A DNA stretch of 64,000 nt, from NCBI GenBank assembly GCA_964016885.1, contig OZ024740.1, forward strand, positions 401,946,001-402,010,000, given 5' to 3'. Each line of letters opens with the position of its first letter. The first letter of the stretch is position 1. The notes beneath the pieces are model-generated. The model did not search any database. It had not been told where the DNA came from and was given only the letters and a program-made list of their open reading frames with translations. A program made the position numbers and the translations under genes. This document shows, one piece after another, positions 14,570 through 27,788 of the stretch. The DNA is from Eledone cirrhosa (Eukaryota).

Positions 14570-14762
14570 GGGCGGTGGATTGGCAGTATCGGTAGAGTGT
14601 CGGACGCCATGCTTTCCAGCATAGTTACGTCCCTTTACGATCTGAGTTCAAATCTCGCCGAGGTTGACTTTGCCTTTCATCCATACGGGGTCGATAAAAT
14701 AAAGTACCAGTAATGCACTGGTAATTGCTGGCCTTGTGCCTAAAGTAGAAACAATTATTATT
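14570..14762 (+). mobile_element. tRNA-derived SINE family A
   Basis: A-box-like tggcagtatcggt, B-box-like gagttcaaatc, (ATT)n tail; near-identical to 60582-60773. Confidence 0.85.
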
Positions 14763-16934
14763 ATATATACATATATATATATATTTGGCTATAATAACAG
14801 AGAAAAATATTCTTCCTCACACCAAATAAATCTATGATTTACCTTCATTTATATGAAAGTCACAATAAATACGCACCCACCTGCAATTCACACGCACACT
14901 CACTAACACACACACAGATATAATATATATTTATACATATATGTGTGTTGAAGGACTAGCGTCCGAAAAGTTATGACTTTGTTCCTTCTATATCAAGTGT
15001 AAAACTATTAATATATGTTTCCTTGTACTTGTGTTTGCTTTGTTAATTCAGTTTGCCTTTTGCATATCTATATTCGACTTTATATTACTAGTCAACCTTT
15101 ACATGCGTGTGTATATGTGGTATGTGTGTATATGTCTTTGTTGGTGGCATTGTGTCCATCCATGTATATATTATTAACATATATGTGTGTGAGTTTGTAT
15201 GTGTGTATGTTTGTATACACGCACCCACGCACATACGCACACACACACATATATTATTTTTATGTATAAAATACACTCACACATACATACATACAATCAG
15301 ACAAAAACACACACACATACATACATACATGTATATATTGATATATATATTGTTTCATCGACACGTGTATTAATTTTATACATTGTCTTTTGAAGAGTTT
15401 GGGAATTTGCATTCATTACGAGGTTCCGATCTGATTATAATTAGAAGAGAACTCTATAAAATATGTGGGAAGAAATAATGATAAAAATCATTATAGGCCA
15501 AGAGTAAGTAAAGAGCAAGGCTGCAGACAGGAAGAATAAAAAGAAAAGGGCTCAACAATGACTGAACAAAGAGGGAGGATACCTTACCATAAATAGATTT
15601 GCTGAGATTGTAGTAGCTAGTAGAAAAAGATTTACCAATCGATAAAGCATTTCCGACCCATGTCTTTATTTCTGTTCAGCACTCGACCTTATGCCGTAAT
15701 AATCTAGTTGCCGACTCCGGCCGTCTGATAAGAGCAGGGAGTAAATTAATATTGTCGGCCAGATTATAATCTTTAAAAGAACCAGTTTACCGTACATGAG
15801 AAGACGCCTTCAATAGCAGCAGTAGTAGCAGCACCAGCACCAACGAAAGAGGGTATAAAATGACAAAAATGTTATATATTTTCGATATTAGGTGATTAAA
15901 AAGAAAAATATTAATACTTAGTTACAAAAACGATATCTTAATTAATAATAGTTTCTAATAAATCACGATTTCTCAAATTTATATAAATGGGGTATAGTTG
16001 ATGAGATTACTAATTTTATTTGAATAATTCATTTTAATCCACCCCTGAATGATGAAAGTCAAATCCAACTTAGGCAGGAATCAAACTCAGAATGGAAGTG
16101 AGCATAACTAAACACTATAAACAAACACCTCAAAACACTTTGTCCACCGAGTGTCTGCCAATCCACCAAACTAAATAGCTTATACGATTATTTAATCATA
16201 CGCCGATTTCTTAATTTAATAATTAGAAGAAGGATTACTTAATTAGAATTTCTTACCTAATACTTTTATAAAAACGGAAATGAATATTTTGGGGATATCA
16301 CATCTTACTTAGGCACATTTTTTAAGTGGGACATGATTTAACATTAATTCAAAACCAGGTCTTAATCTAATTGGGATATCAGTTCGACTATATACTTAAA
16401 CACACATCTATCTGAATAACATAGACACAGGCCCTCAGTGTTTGAGTGACAGGATAGCATGCTAACATCCATACCAATATTTCAACAAACCCGTATCATG
16501 CTTACATTAGAGGAGTTGCATAATGATATTAGTGTATGACTGGTATGGTAGACTACAAATACAAACAAAATGTATCAGAGGGTCAATTGTGTAACGAAGA
16601 AGTATAAAGAAACGTTGGGTTAATACAGAAACTGCAGATTCCAGTGGATCTTTACTCATAGCAGAATGTTTAGAGTAACAGATATGTTAACGTATTATTG
16701 ATAGAACATTTCAGCAAAAGATATATTTATTGAAACTCCGGTTGATACCTTACCGAGAAAACCCTAAGGAATACAAATCATTGAGTGATTTACAACGGTT
16801 TACGAACAAGTCGGCGCATTATATGCATTATATGATCAACCAACTTTCATCAACTGACTAATATGTATATATATATAAACAAAATTCTAATTTTATTTTC
16901 AATATTCGGCAAGGCCAGTCGTAACTCGCTAGGT

Positions 16935-16983
16935 ATGCAAATGAGGCTACTCAGCCGATGTCTACTTACGAAAATGCTATATA
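16935..16983 (+). promoter_or_regulatory. Octamer (ATGCAAAT) - 35 nt - TATATA cassette upstream of an HHR
   Basis: The same motifs and 35-nt spacing occur on the minus strand at 25496-25448; promoter function is inferred. Confidence 0.5.
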
Positions 16984-17015
16984 TTTTCAACCGTTCAACA
17001 GACTAGCAGATGTAT

Positions 17016-17058
17016 ACTGTCCTGATGAAGGGTAATGACCCAGAAACATGTTGATTGT
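17016..17058 (+). ncRNA. Minimal type I hammerhead ribozyme motif
   Basis: actgtc CTGATGA a-gggt-aatg-accc-a GAAA CATG TT gattgt; palindromic loop III. Confidence 0.7.
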
Positions 17059-17197
17059 TCCTCAAAGCCAGTTTTGAACAAACAGCGGACGATCGATCAC
17101 CGGCACAGCTTCAAATCGGGCCTTTTGTTTACAAACGTATCGAACATATATAACCCATACGTACATATGTATATGTATATATGTATGTGTATGTATA

Positions 17198-17272
<75 letters not shown>

Positions 17273-17283
17273 GTATGCATACT

Positions 17284-17318
<35 letters not shown>

Positions 17319-17319
17319 T

Positions 17320-18240
17320 CACTCAACCCCGGTCCCTTATCCTCCATTTCACCATTGAATATAACATATACCCCATCTCCCAGTTCTTCCTTGAAACTTT
17401 GCCATTACGATCTCACCACACTCTCTGCAACTACCCACATTCCTTTCTCTATTTTAATTTAAGCACCACCGCCATCGCCCCTACCCATACGGCATTGACT
17501 CGTGCACACCGATTCCTCCCTTACCCACCACACACTCAATTTAAACCTACGCCCCCTACACATTTTCTGACTGATGAATATACCACACACATACCCCCTT
17601 AGCTCTTCCTTAGAACTCTGCCACTACCATCTCCGCACACACACACACACACCCTCCTCGCAATCCCCACAATTCCTTTCTCTATTCCATTTTAACTACA
17701 GCTTTTCCTTTCAACCCGGAAAATACTTCTATTCGACTTACCTCGGCCTTCGTGACATTTGACCTACCTTCACCAGCCTGAAATCTACCTGGATTATACT
17801 ACCACACACCTCTGCCAAATTCACATACCACCAAGAACACGCTCCCACATATGCACGAACACATAACTCTACTAAAAACACATTTAACACGAGCAAACGT
17901 ATCGTAGTGGGCACCCCCACTGCACGTCTGAAACCCTTACCTCACCCCCCAATACGACACCCAATCACTGCCCCTCACTTCTCCTTTATAGTTTTGTTTT
18001 TTTATTTTCTTTCTAACTTTATTTTAACAACCTTTTATTTATTTTTTGTATCTGTCATTCTTTAACATTATTTTCTTTGCTTTTTTTTCCTTTTATGTTA
18101 TTTCTGATGAAAAGCAAATGCCCGATACGTTGACTATATAACTCATTCTTCTTCCTCCGAGCTTGAAACTAATACACTTCATGATATTGCATCCTCTTGT
18201 TCTTACGTTACACATTTCTTTGACTTATGTACATATAAGA
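17320..18240 (+). mobile_element. Highly decayed C-rich PLE-like 3' region with a degenerate HHR
   Basis: C-rich like the sense strand of the 61.7-63.9 kb PLE; CTGATGA aaagcaaatgccc GATA CG TT at 18104. Confidence 0.4.
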
Positions 18241-18445
18241 GATAATTTTGATATATGATTTACAGCAGTGTATAAAACACGCTGAGGAAATTTAAAGATG
18301 AAGAAAAATCTGTTATTCTCATTTTACACAGAAAAAAAAAAGGATTACCTATACCTGTTTCACAGCCAAATTGCATTTCAACTTTTTTTCAGGGTAGAAA
18401 ATCTGCCAAGAAATCAATATCCACTGTGTTTAATCTTATTTAAGA

Positions 18446-19237
18446 CTAGCAGGAGTACCTAGCGTTGCCTGCGTAGGTAAAATAATATCTGCTTTGATCA
18501 TCGCGACTGCGTCTCGATGATTCATCTATGGCCACACACAGGCCATGCGGGGGTGGGTGGTGATGACCTCTATCACTGAGAAACACGGGTGACTGACGAA
18601 GGGGCAAGCTGGGGGAGGGAGTTTCGAAATTGAACGAAATCGGTTGAAAAATGTGGGAGCTAGAGCCGAAAAGGCGGAAATTTGAGCGAAAAGGTATTTT
18701 CAAATATTTAAGATGCTGCCACGCCATTTCTGAAAATAAAATCCAAAATGTAAAGCCACTTTAAGACGTGAAATAATCAGATCTAGCGTAGTTTAAAATT
18801 TAAACAAAGTAGGTTGATTAATATGGGAGCTAGAGCCGGGAAAGTGGAAATTTGAGTCTAAAAGTGGTGTTTTTGAATATTTAAGCGGCTGCCACGCCGT
18901 CCCATGAACAACAAATGCAAAATATAAAGCCATTACAGGATGTGCAATGATAAATCCTATTTTTGCTTTAAAATTTGAACGGAATCAGTGGCAAAATATG
19001 GGAGCTAGAGCCAAAAATCTTATTTTTCGATACCTAAAAAAAGGTGACACCCCTATAGATTTTTATCTGCAGAATGACCCCGGAATAAAGAAAAGATACG
19101 CTGATATATAGAAAACACTTCCCGATGACTAATCTATGAGCCTGTAAAGTTTCATGAAAATCGGTCGTAAGATATAGGCCCCTATAGGTAATACACAGAC
19201 ACACACCCACACATACTTAATTTTATATATATACAGA
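18446..19237 (-). mobile_element. Non-autonomous Helitron-like element
   Basis: Minus strand begins a|TC and ends CTAG|t; imperfect subterminal hairpin 18456-18479; three internal ~170-bp repeats (gggagctagagcc at 18655, 18825, 19000). Confidence 0.75.
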
Positions 19238-19434
19238 TGGCAGGTTTTATGTATAAAATGTTTTGTTTCATTTGGGAAGCTCAGATATCTAAGGAGAGGA
19301 TATTTTGTAGGTTTCTTGTACTTGTTCTGGCTACACACATATATATACATATATTTGTAAAGTTACACTATACTTCAGCCTTACATTTTATGTGTACGAA
19401 AAGTACTCAACTCTCTTTCTTTCTCTTTCTCTCG

Positions 19435-19482
<48 letters not shown>

Positions 19483-19487
19483 ACACA

Positions 19488-19545
<58 letters not shown>

Positions 19546-19546
19546 C

Positions 19547-19747
19547 AGGCGATCGAACTTCGTCAAATCGGACCGAGGAAACAATGTTTCCATTGGTCTT
19601 TCTAATTGTAAATACGTTCGCAACTCTATCGTTCGCAACTCCAAATAGAAGGAGCAACGTGAAATAAAGACCTTGCTCAAGGAACATCACCTGGTCATGG
19701 AATCGAACTCACAATCTTATGAGTGCGATTCCAATTCTCTAACCACT
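19547..19747 (-). mobile_element. tRNA-derived SINE family B
   Basis: Reverse-complement homolog of 52246-52470. Confidence 0.8.
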
Positions 19748-19749
19748 AT

Positions 19750-19816
<67 letters not shown>

Positions 19817-20034
19817 TAGAATAGAATGAAACGAAATTTCATTTCTCACCCTTAGCACGGCACTTACTTAAATGTAAGTATGTATGTATACGTACATACA
19901 TATATGTATACAGACGTACAGTAGTATGTATATATATACATACATGCACATATATATGCACGTATCGGTTTACCGTTAATATGCATAAGGAAAGTATATA
20001 CCTTCAGACGTTCAACCATCTGGCAGGAAGGTAT

Positions 20035-20077
20035 ATGATGCTGACGATAGCTAATAAGCTTGAAACTAGTACATCGT
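20035..20077 (+). ncRNA. Minimal type I hammerhead ribozyme motif
   Basis: atgatg CTGACGA t-agct-aata-agct-t GAAA CTAG TA catcgt. Confidence 0.85.
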
Positions 20078-20295
20078 TCCTGTGTCAGTGTTGAACAAAA
20101 AAGTTACGTGGTTGCCTAAACACTGTACGGCGTAATTCGGGCTGTTTGTTTGTTTACAAACAAACAGACCGAGCATTATAATAAATGTTCGGTAAACCGA
20201 TACGTGCATATATATATGTGTGCATGTATGTATATATATACATACTACTGTACGTCCGTATACATATATGTATATACGTATACGTACATACATAC

Positions 20296-20368
<73 letters not shown>

Positions 20369-22138
20369 AACATATGTGTATGTGTATGTATCTATTTATG
20401 TACGTATTTATACATTCATACTTACCAACATACACACATTCATACACCCATACATCTATACACAACATAGAAGTGATAAATGAATCAATATTGCAATATA
20501 AGACATATCATCTGAAATGATAATAGTAATGAAAAACTCGACAAACAAAAAATATAATAGTTTAGACGAAATATTGATACATGAGATTTTCGTGGTGCAA
20601 ATAATCTTCTCAACAAATCTGCTGAAAATAGAATTTGCTGATTTTGTAATTTAGAGAAAATGAACATATATATGTTTGTATGTATGTGTGTATGTGTATA
20701 TGTATGTATATATGTACGTATGTGTGTATGTATGTGTGTATATATGTGTGTAAGTATGTATGCATTTATGTATGTATGTATTTATGTATGTATGTATGTA
20801 TGTATATATATATATGTGTGTGTATGTGTGTATGTATTTATGTATGTAAGTATGTATAAATATATATGTATGTATATATAAAAATAAGAGGTGTGTATGT
20901 ATGAAGGTATGTATGTGTGTGTGTTTGTGTGTGTATGTGCGTGTGTGTTTGTGCGTTTATGTGTGTGTGTGTGTGTGTGTCTGTATGTCTGTGTTTGTGT
21001 GTGTGTGTTTGTGTGTGCCTGTCTGTGTGTGCCTACACATATGTAAGTTAATACACTTTGAGTACAGTAAATATATAATGAAAACAAGAAAACTCTGTAC
21101 TTTGTTCAGTGTAATGTGGAGATCAGGACATTTTAGAACATATATAGTTATTTATTGAACCTTCCATTTCTCCAAACATGTATGCGTGTTTATTTGTGTA
21201 ACTGTGCGTATATGAGTGGTTAAATATATCTTGACCAATTAAACATTTTAGCTATTATCCACCTTTTGCTGGTCATCAGATTTTCTCCTACTTCAGGCAT
21301 AAATATTTACATCTTTCGAAGTTAGATTGACAGAAATACAGACAATTTGGACTTTCTATGAACTCATCTTCATGATCGAAATTTCATCAATTTGGTATTG
21401 TTGTTGCTTTTTACTCCCAGGTGAACAGAACTATCGTGAAAGACATTTCAAATATGACCAGCCTCTATGTTTTATTTATCAAAAAAATATTTTCCAATAC
21501 GCCCTTCCATGGTTCGTGTGAGAAAATCGCAATTTGAGAAAGATTTGACGACTATAACTAGCAAGTGGGATACTGCCATGTAGAGGTTGCTTCGTTGATT
21601 CAATTTATTATGTAATTATTGTCAACAACTCTTGTTTTCTCAAATTTTATGCCGATTTTCGTTCTTCTTTTGTTGAAAGAAACGCATGAATATATAATAG
21701 AGATAATCATTTCCTCCACAGATATTAGCTATTCTCTCTAAATTACAAGATCAGCAAATTCTATTTTTGCAGATTTGCTGAGATGAATGTTTCTTATTTG
21801 TAAAACCACTTTTATCTACATTTAGAGTAAACTACCTTTCGATTATTATTGTTAATATTATTATTGTTGTTGTTGTTGTTGTTTCATGTGACGACTAACA
21901 TAATGTGATATAGATTAATCTCTGTCATTTCCTTCGAATTGGTTTTTCTAGAACAACAAGAACATTCAAAACCATATTCAAAACAGAATCAATTCGTATC
22001 TTCTCTCTACAGCACATATTTACCGGGATAGACACCCTTACTGAATGCAAAACTATATATAGATATATACACACATCCGCACACACGAACACACACAGAG
22101 ACACATAGACACACATACACACACAGACACACACATGT

Positions 22139-22193
<55 letters not shown>

Positions 22194-22195
<2 letters not shown>

Positions 22196-22377
22196 CGAAG
22201 GAAATGTGGTAAGGAACCAGGTGGACCATAACGCACTATAGTACTCAATACTTAGGGTAGTAGAGTGGGTAATAGGAACCAGTAAGACCCCTACGGCTGA
22301 GCTCAAGCCGTTTCGACGGCTAATTCTGAATTAGCCGTCGAAACGGCTTGAGCTCAGCCGTCGGGGTCTTACTGGTT

Positions 22378-22382
<5 letters not shown>
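22194..22382. mobile_element. (TA)n-flanked fold-back element; 55-bp-arm palindrome
   Basis: 22272-22382 palindrome with 1 mismatch, centred at 22327, plus a ~78-bp one-sided extension. Confidence 0.85.
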
Positions 22383-22448
<66 letters not shown>

Positions 22449-22751
22449 CAGAAATAATCAGGAGAAGGTAAAACTCCTTAGCGGAATTGTGACAACTAAT
22501 GGAGTAGACGGACGAACTCATATACAGACAAGAGTATATAGTTTTTTGCTGTCAGCTCTCAATCGGATATATTCATAGTTTCGACACTTTCAGATAATAA
22601 TAACCCAACTGATGGTGTCAAGTATTATAATCTGTTTTAAAAGGTGCTCAGAAATTACGAAAACGCATACTAGGCAAAAGAACGCATATACTAGAAGAAA
22701 GAAAACGAGTTAAATGCGACACTAATACGATATATATGTAAATAGACAAAC

Positions 22752-22897
<146 letters not shown>

Positions 22898-22984
22898 TGT
22901 TATACATGGGGAGGGTCATATTTGTGTAATATTGCCAGAATTAATAACAGAACACACTCACTATTTTATGTTTAGTGTACTGGC

Positions 22985-23021
<37 letters not shown>

Positions 23022-24599
23022 AGTCAGTACACTAAACATAAAATACAAGTGTACATGTGTTAATGTGAGTAAGAGAAGCATTTCTTGACTTTGAACATTT
23101 CACACTGTAGCAGAGGAGAGTTACGGAGACAACTGAATGGCAGAACATTTGAGAGATGAATTAAAGGGATCAGAATAAACGGAAATGACTATTAGAGAAG
23201 GAGTGCAATGAGAGTGAAAGAGAGAAATAGAAGAGAAAGAAATAGAGAAGGTCATAGTATAGAGTTAATAAAGTAACTTGATAATACAAAAAAAAAAGCA
23301 CGGAGACGTTTTAAATAGAGTGCAGGACGTATTGACTAGAGATAATGTATGACATTAAATTAAGCGAAAAAAGAAATAATGTCATCAACTGTAACTATAT
23401 TAGTAAAACATGATATGTATATCACATAAATGACAGTGAAAACTTGGTAAAGACGGACACAATTCCTCCTCGTCAAATGTATACTGAAACTTTTCCTAGT
23501 TTCGGTTTCTTTAAAGATATTACTATACTGCCCAGTGCATTATTTGTCCCCTGAGAGAGAGAGAGAAATATTTAAGATGAAGACACAACGGTACATAAAG
23601 ATTTCTTTCCTCACTGGCCAAAACAAAACAAAAAAAATCTACTTAAAGATATGTGCCAAGAAAACTGCTACATTTTATGCAGGAAAAACGCAACACACAA
23701 ATATAGGTAGATAACATTAACTGACACAACCTAATTTTGAAATCTGAACTGTTGCTTACTATTGCTGTTAATTATTCTCTTTCTCTATCTATCTATCTAT
23801 TTAGATTTATGATTTGAGTCAGGCCAACTTATTACAGTGGGTGTTTGCTCTACTACTGTATTTATTACTTTTACGACTATTGTTTTCGTAATGTGTGTTC
23901 AACATTATTGCTGTTTGTAATGTTAATGTTATTATTTCCTAAACGATTTTCTTTTCGTAATTTGTTTGTGCTAAATTACTTCAATTTTCCCTGGGTTTCT
24001 TGATTATCACTACAATTACTAATTATTTTTTTAGCCTTGTAGAAAAGCGAACAATTGGTCAGTTTAGGTACATTATTATTGTTCAAATTGGATCTAAGGA
24101 GAGTCATATCATGCGAGATGATTTTATAAGTATTGCAGTCTCCCTGTGGGTTATCTATATACACAGCTTTATCATTATAATTAGACATTTGTAGGGCTTC
24201 ATTATAATATTGCTTAGATCTGTTTATAAAGGTAAACTTTGTGTCGAAACAATTGTAATGATAATAGTGAGTGATTTAAAACCTTCTATCTGTCACCTTA
24301 ATTTGTTAAATATATATGTATATATATATATAAGCTATAAAAATGATAAAGGGTTAAGTTTAATAGTTTAACAAAACATGCCAAACATGGTTTCGGGTAT
24401 AGCAAAGCTAACCTGGAGTCCATGGGCGATAATTGGAGCATATTCAACTCAATGATCAAATCTGACCCCACCCAAAACGGATGAAGAATTATTAATACAT
24501 GGTCACAATAGTGAGGTTATTTCAGACGCTTCCAAATTTTCATCGTTATTTATAGAATCGTTTAGCTTACAGAATCCAATATTAAATTAAAAATCTCCT

Positions 24600-25140
24600 A
24601 GTGTAGATTTCTCTCCTATTATTGAAAAAGAGTTAGTAGCAATTTAGGATGAGTTAATAAAGAAAACGTCCACAATTTCAAATAGAATATCTAATATAAT
24701 CATACATGGAACAGGGATTAAAATTCAACTTTATCCAGATATATGGAAATTTACCTATATATTAGTAATGCCTAAACCACACAAGGACAACTATCACTCT
24801 ACTAGATAAATTCGTCCAGCAGCTCCACTAACTAATCTATCGAAAATGCTAGAAAGAATTATATGTGATAGATTATCGTATTTAGAAGAGACTGAATATT
24901 TTCCTCAAATCTCAATTCGAATTTCGAGCGAATAGAAACACCACGAATTGTGTAAATGAAATAAACACAGTCATCAGAAACTCAAAACTGGGGAAAGAAT
25001 AAAAAAATTTGATCTCACTAGATATAAAGTGAAAACATTACAGTAGAAAACTTATATCAATTTTATATTCCCAACTATATTTGCAACTGTGTTGAAAAAC
25101 TTTCTCTCTGATCGAAGTACAATTCTAGGGTCTCCCACAA
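24600..25140 (+). mobile_element. Decayed Jockey/I/R1-like LINE RT N-terminal fragment
   Basis: YPDIWKFTYILVMPKPHKD..IRP..LTNLSKMLERIICDRL..QFEFRANRNT. Confidence 0.65.
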
Positions 25141-25142
25141 GG

Positions 25143-25212
<70 letters not shown>

Positions 25213-25215
<3 letters not shown>

Positions 25216-25580
25216 AAATAAGATTTCGCTTCAAGCATAGCTTTATACAATATATATAGAAATTTCGTATTTATAAAGAAATACGGTTTTAGGAAGCCGT
25301 AGCTATGCAAACACCGGGGCTAATGCCCCCTGGTGGTGTCCACAGAAGCAAGGGGGACAACCGTCTATGCATTTCAGGCTTGACTGGCCTTCGTCAGGAC
25401 GCTCCCTCCCACCGCTTCCTACTGCTGGACTTGAAAACAGTCGAGAATATATAGTTTTCTCTTCTGTGTAAATGAGATGGTTAATCTCATTTGCATATGA
25501 AGCTGCATAAGTTGGCTCAACTTATAATAGAAAAGAAATAAGATTTCGCTTCAAGCATAGCTTTATACAATATGTATATA
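25213..25580 (-). mobile_element. 320-bp retrozyme-like monomer with a ~41-bp terminal redundancy, inserted in (TA)n
   Basis: aagaaataagatttcgcttcaagcatagctttatacaatat at 25213 and 25533; contains an HHR, an octamer and a TATA. Confidence 0.8.
25362..25401 (-). ncRNA. Minimal type I hammerhead ribozyme motif
   Basis: Minus strand: cgtc CTGACGA aggc-cagtcaa-gcct GAAA TGCA TA gacg; stems I and II fully Watson-Crick. Confidence 0.9.
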
Positions 25581-25689
25581 AATTATATATATACATATAT
25601 GTACGTGTATGTATATAAATTATATATATATATGTACGTGTTTACATATATATCTAGATATAAGCTAACCCGAATCTAGGTCATTAACA

Positions 25690-26140
25690 CTCTTCTTTGA
25701 GGATCCCATCCCGGTTGACATCGACCAATTTCTATGTTGGGCTATGTTGGGCCGTATTATCGGATCAGATTATCGCGTTATCTTGCTTTGGCCTTCCCTT
25801 TAATTCTTCTCCACCTCTTTGGTGTCCACTCTGTTACTCTAATAGACCACATAATGTTTCTGAGCCGTAGCAAGGCCATCTACGTTTGCCTTTTTTCATG
25901 GTCTCGATTATATACTTCACTCCTGTCTGCTGTCGAATACCTGTGTAACCTATCCTGTCACCTAAGATGATGCCAAGCCTGATTCGTTCTATTTTACGTT
26001 CGGCCGTTGCAAGAGGCCCTGCAATGGCGGTGGTGAGTGACCATGCTTCAATTCTATATATCATCACCGGCAAAACATATTCATTAAATAAATTTCCATT
26101 GGATTCGATTGCTTACTTGGGAATTCCAATGACGTTATAA
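25690..26140 (-). mobile_element. Decayed RTE-clade LINE 3' fragment
   Basis: LPVMIYRIEAWSLT..ERKIERIRLGIILGDRI..IRQQTGVKYII..KRRW. Confidence 0.75.
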
Positions 26141-26784
26141 ACACTTCCAGAAAAATAGAAGCAATAGAAAAAAATCCCCATAATAGAACAGATATAGAGA
26201 ATACAGAAACAAAACACAACCCATATGTACAGCACTTTCAATAGTAAAAGATGGCAATAAAACTCATTGAAACGTTACATGTACCTAAGGCACACAGAGC
26301 TGCACTCGATTATACAATGAAAGTACAAAATATAAATAATTCTCTTAAAATAACATTAAAAATAATTATAATGGCAATAAAAATACGACTAACAATGCGA
26401 GGAACATCAAACGATATCTCCAGAAAAGACGTGATCGTGATCTTTGTCACAGGGGTTATGTCACAAGTTTTCTGCAATATGTAAAATATTATAAGAAAAA
26501 GTAATAGTAACAGAAAAATAAAATGTAAGAAAGAATTTCATAGTCGGTTAGGAAAAGAAATATTCACAAGTTTTCTTTATCACACCGAAGGGAAGTATTT
26601 TCAACGCAACTGAAAAGGTTTGTGAAAAAATGTTTTGCTGAATAAGATAGTAGAAAAATATCTGTAATGCATTTCTGCTTTTTAGTCATCGTTTGTTTTA
26701 AAAGACATACACAGAAACACATACCCTCACGCACACTTACACACACAGATAGATAGAGAAACACTACACGCCCACACTTATGTA

Positions 26785-26835
<51 letters not shown>

Positions 26836-27432
26836 TTCTTTATTTATTTACTTACGTATATCATTTTTTCTCCTAACTTGTAATAAACTGTTGACATGTA
26901 TGTGAAATTCCCTTCATATGATGAGGGGTGTCCTCCTCCCTTACAAATCAACAAATTACTCACACTCGCATCTTTTGATCTACTAATCATATGACAAACA
27001 TTGAAAATAAAAACAGGTTTAGGGAAGTGATCTTATCTGATGGTGGAAGAATTACATGTCAAATTCAACTTAGTTTGACGTTTCGGTTACTTTCTTTGAG
27101 ATTTCAGTTCTTCAAAAACTACATATTTACTTATTTATTTGTTCATTATTCGAAATTCTATTAGGTTACCCACAGCTCTGATCTCAACTGAGAAAAAATT
27201 TCACGGTGGGCGCCAACATTCACATGATGACAGAACATTTCTGTCGTTGAATAATTATAATAACATATTATTTTTCACAGTTAAATACAAGTTAACCAGA
27301 TCAATTAAACTCAGACCTTAGATGAAATTACTTGCACAATATGAACGTTTTACTGAATGTTATTAAAATTCATTGAAGAAAGAATAAAAAATGCATAGTT
27401 TTATTTCTTCTAATTTCGGAACATGATAGAAC

Positions 27433-27463
<31 letters not shown>

Positions 27464-27578
27464 TGTATATATGTAAACATACACAAAAACACACACACAC
27501 ATACATATATATATACATGTATATATGTATATATATATATATACATACACACACGCACACACCCACACGCACACACAG

Positions 27579-27611
<33 letters not shown>

Positions 27612-27612
<1 letters not shown>

Positions 27613-27788
27613 GGCAGTACCGGTAGAGGGTCGGACGCTATGCTTTGAAGCATAGAGTTACGGCCCTTGCCATTCTGAGTTCGAATCCCGCCGAGGTTAA
27701 CTTTGCCTTTCATCCTTACAGGGTCGATAAAATAAAGTACCAGTATTGCACTGGGTAATTGCTGGCTTTGTGCCCAAAAGTAGAAACA
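27612..27788 (+). mobile_element. tRNA-derived SINE family A
   Basis: Homologous to 14570; B box gagttcgaatcc. Confidence 0.85.

Noticed and set aside
21421-21585. Plus-strand acceptor (ttttactcccag) followed by short open frames
   Set aside because: No recognisable homology and no convincing donor; cannot be supported without RNA data
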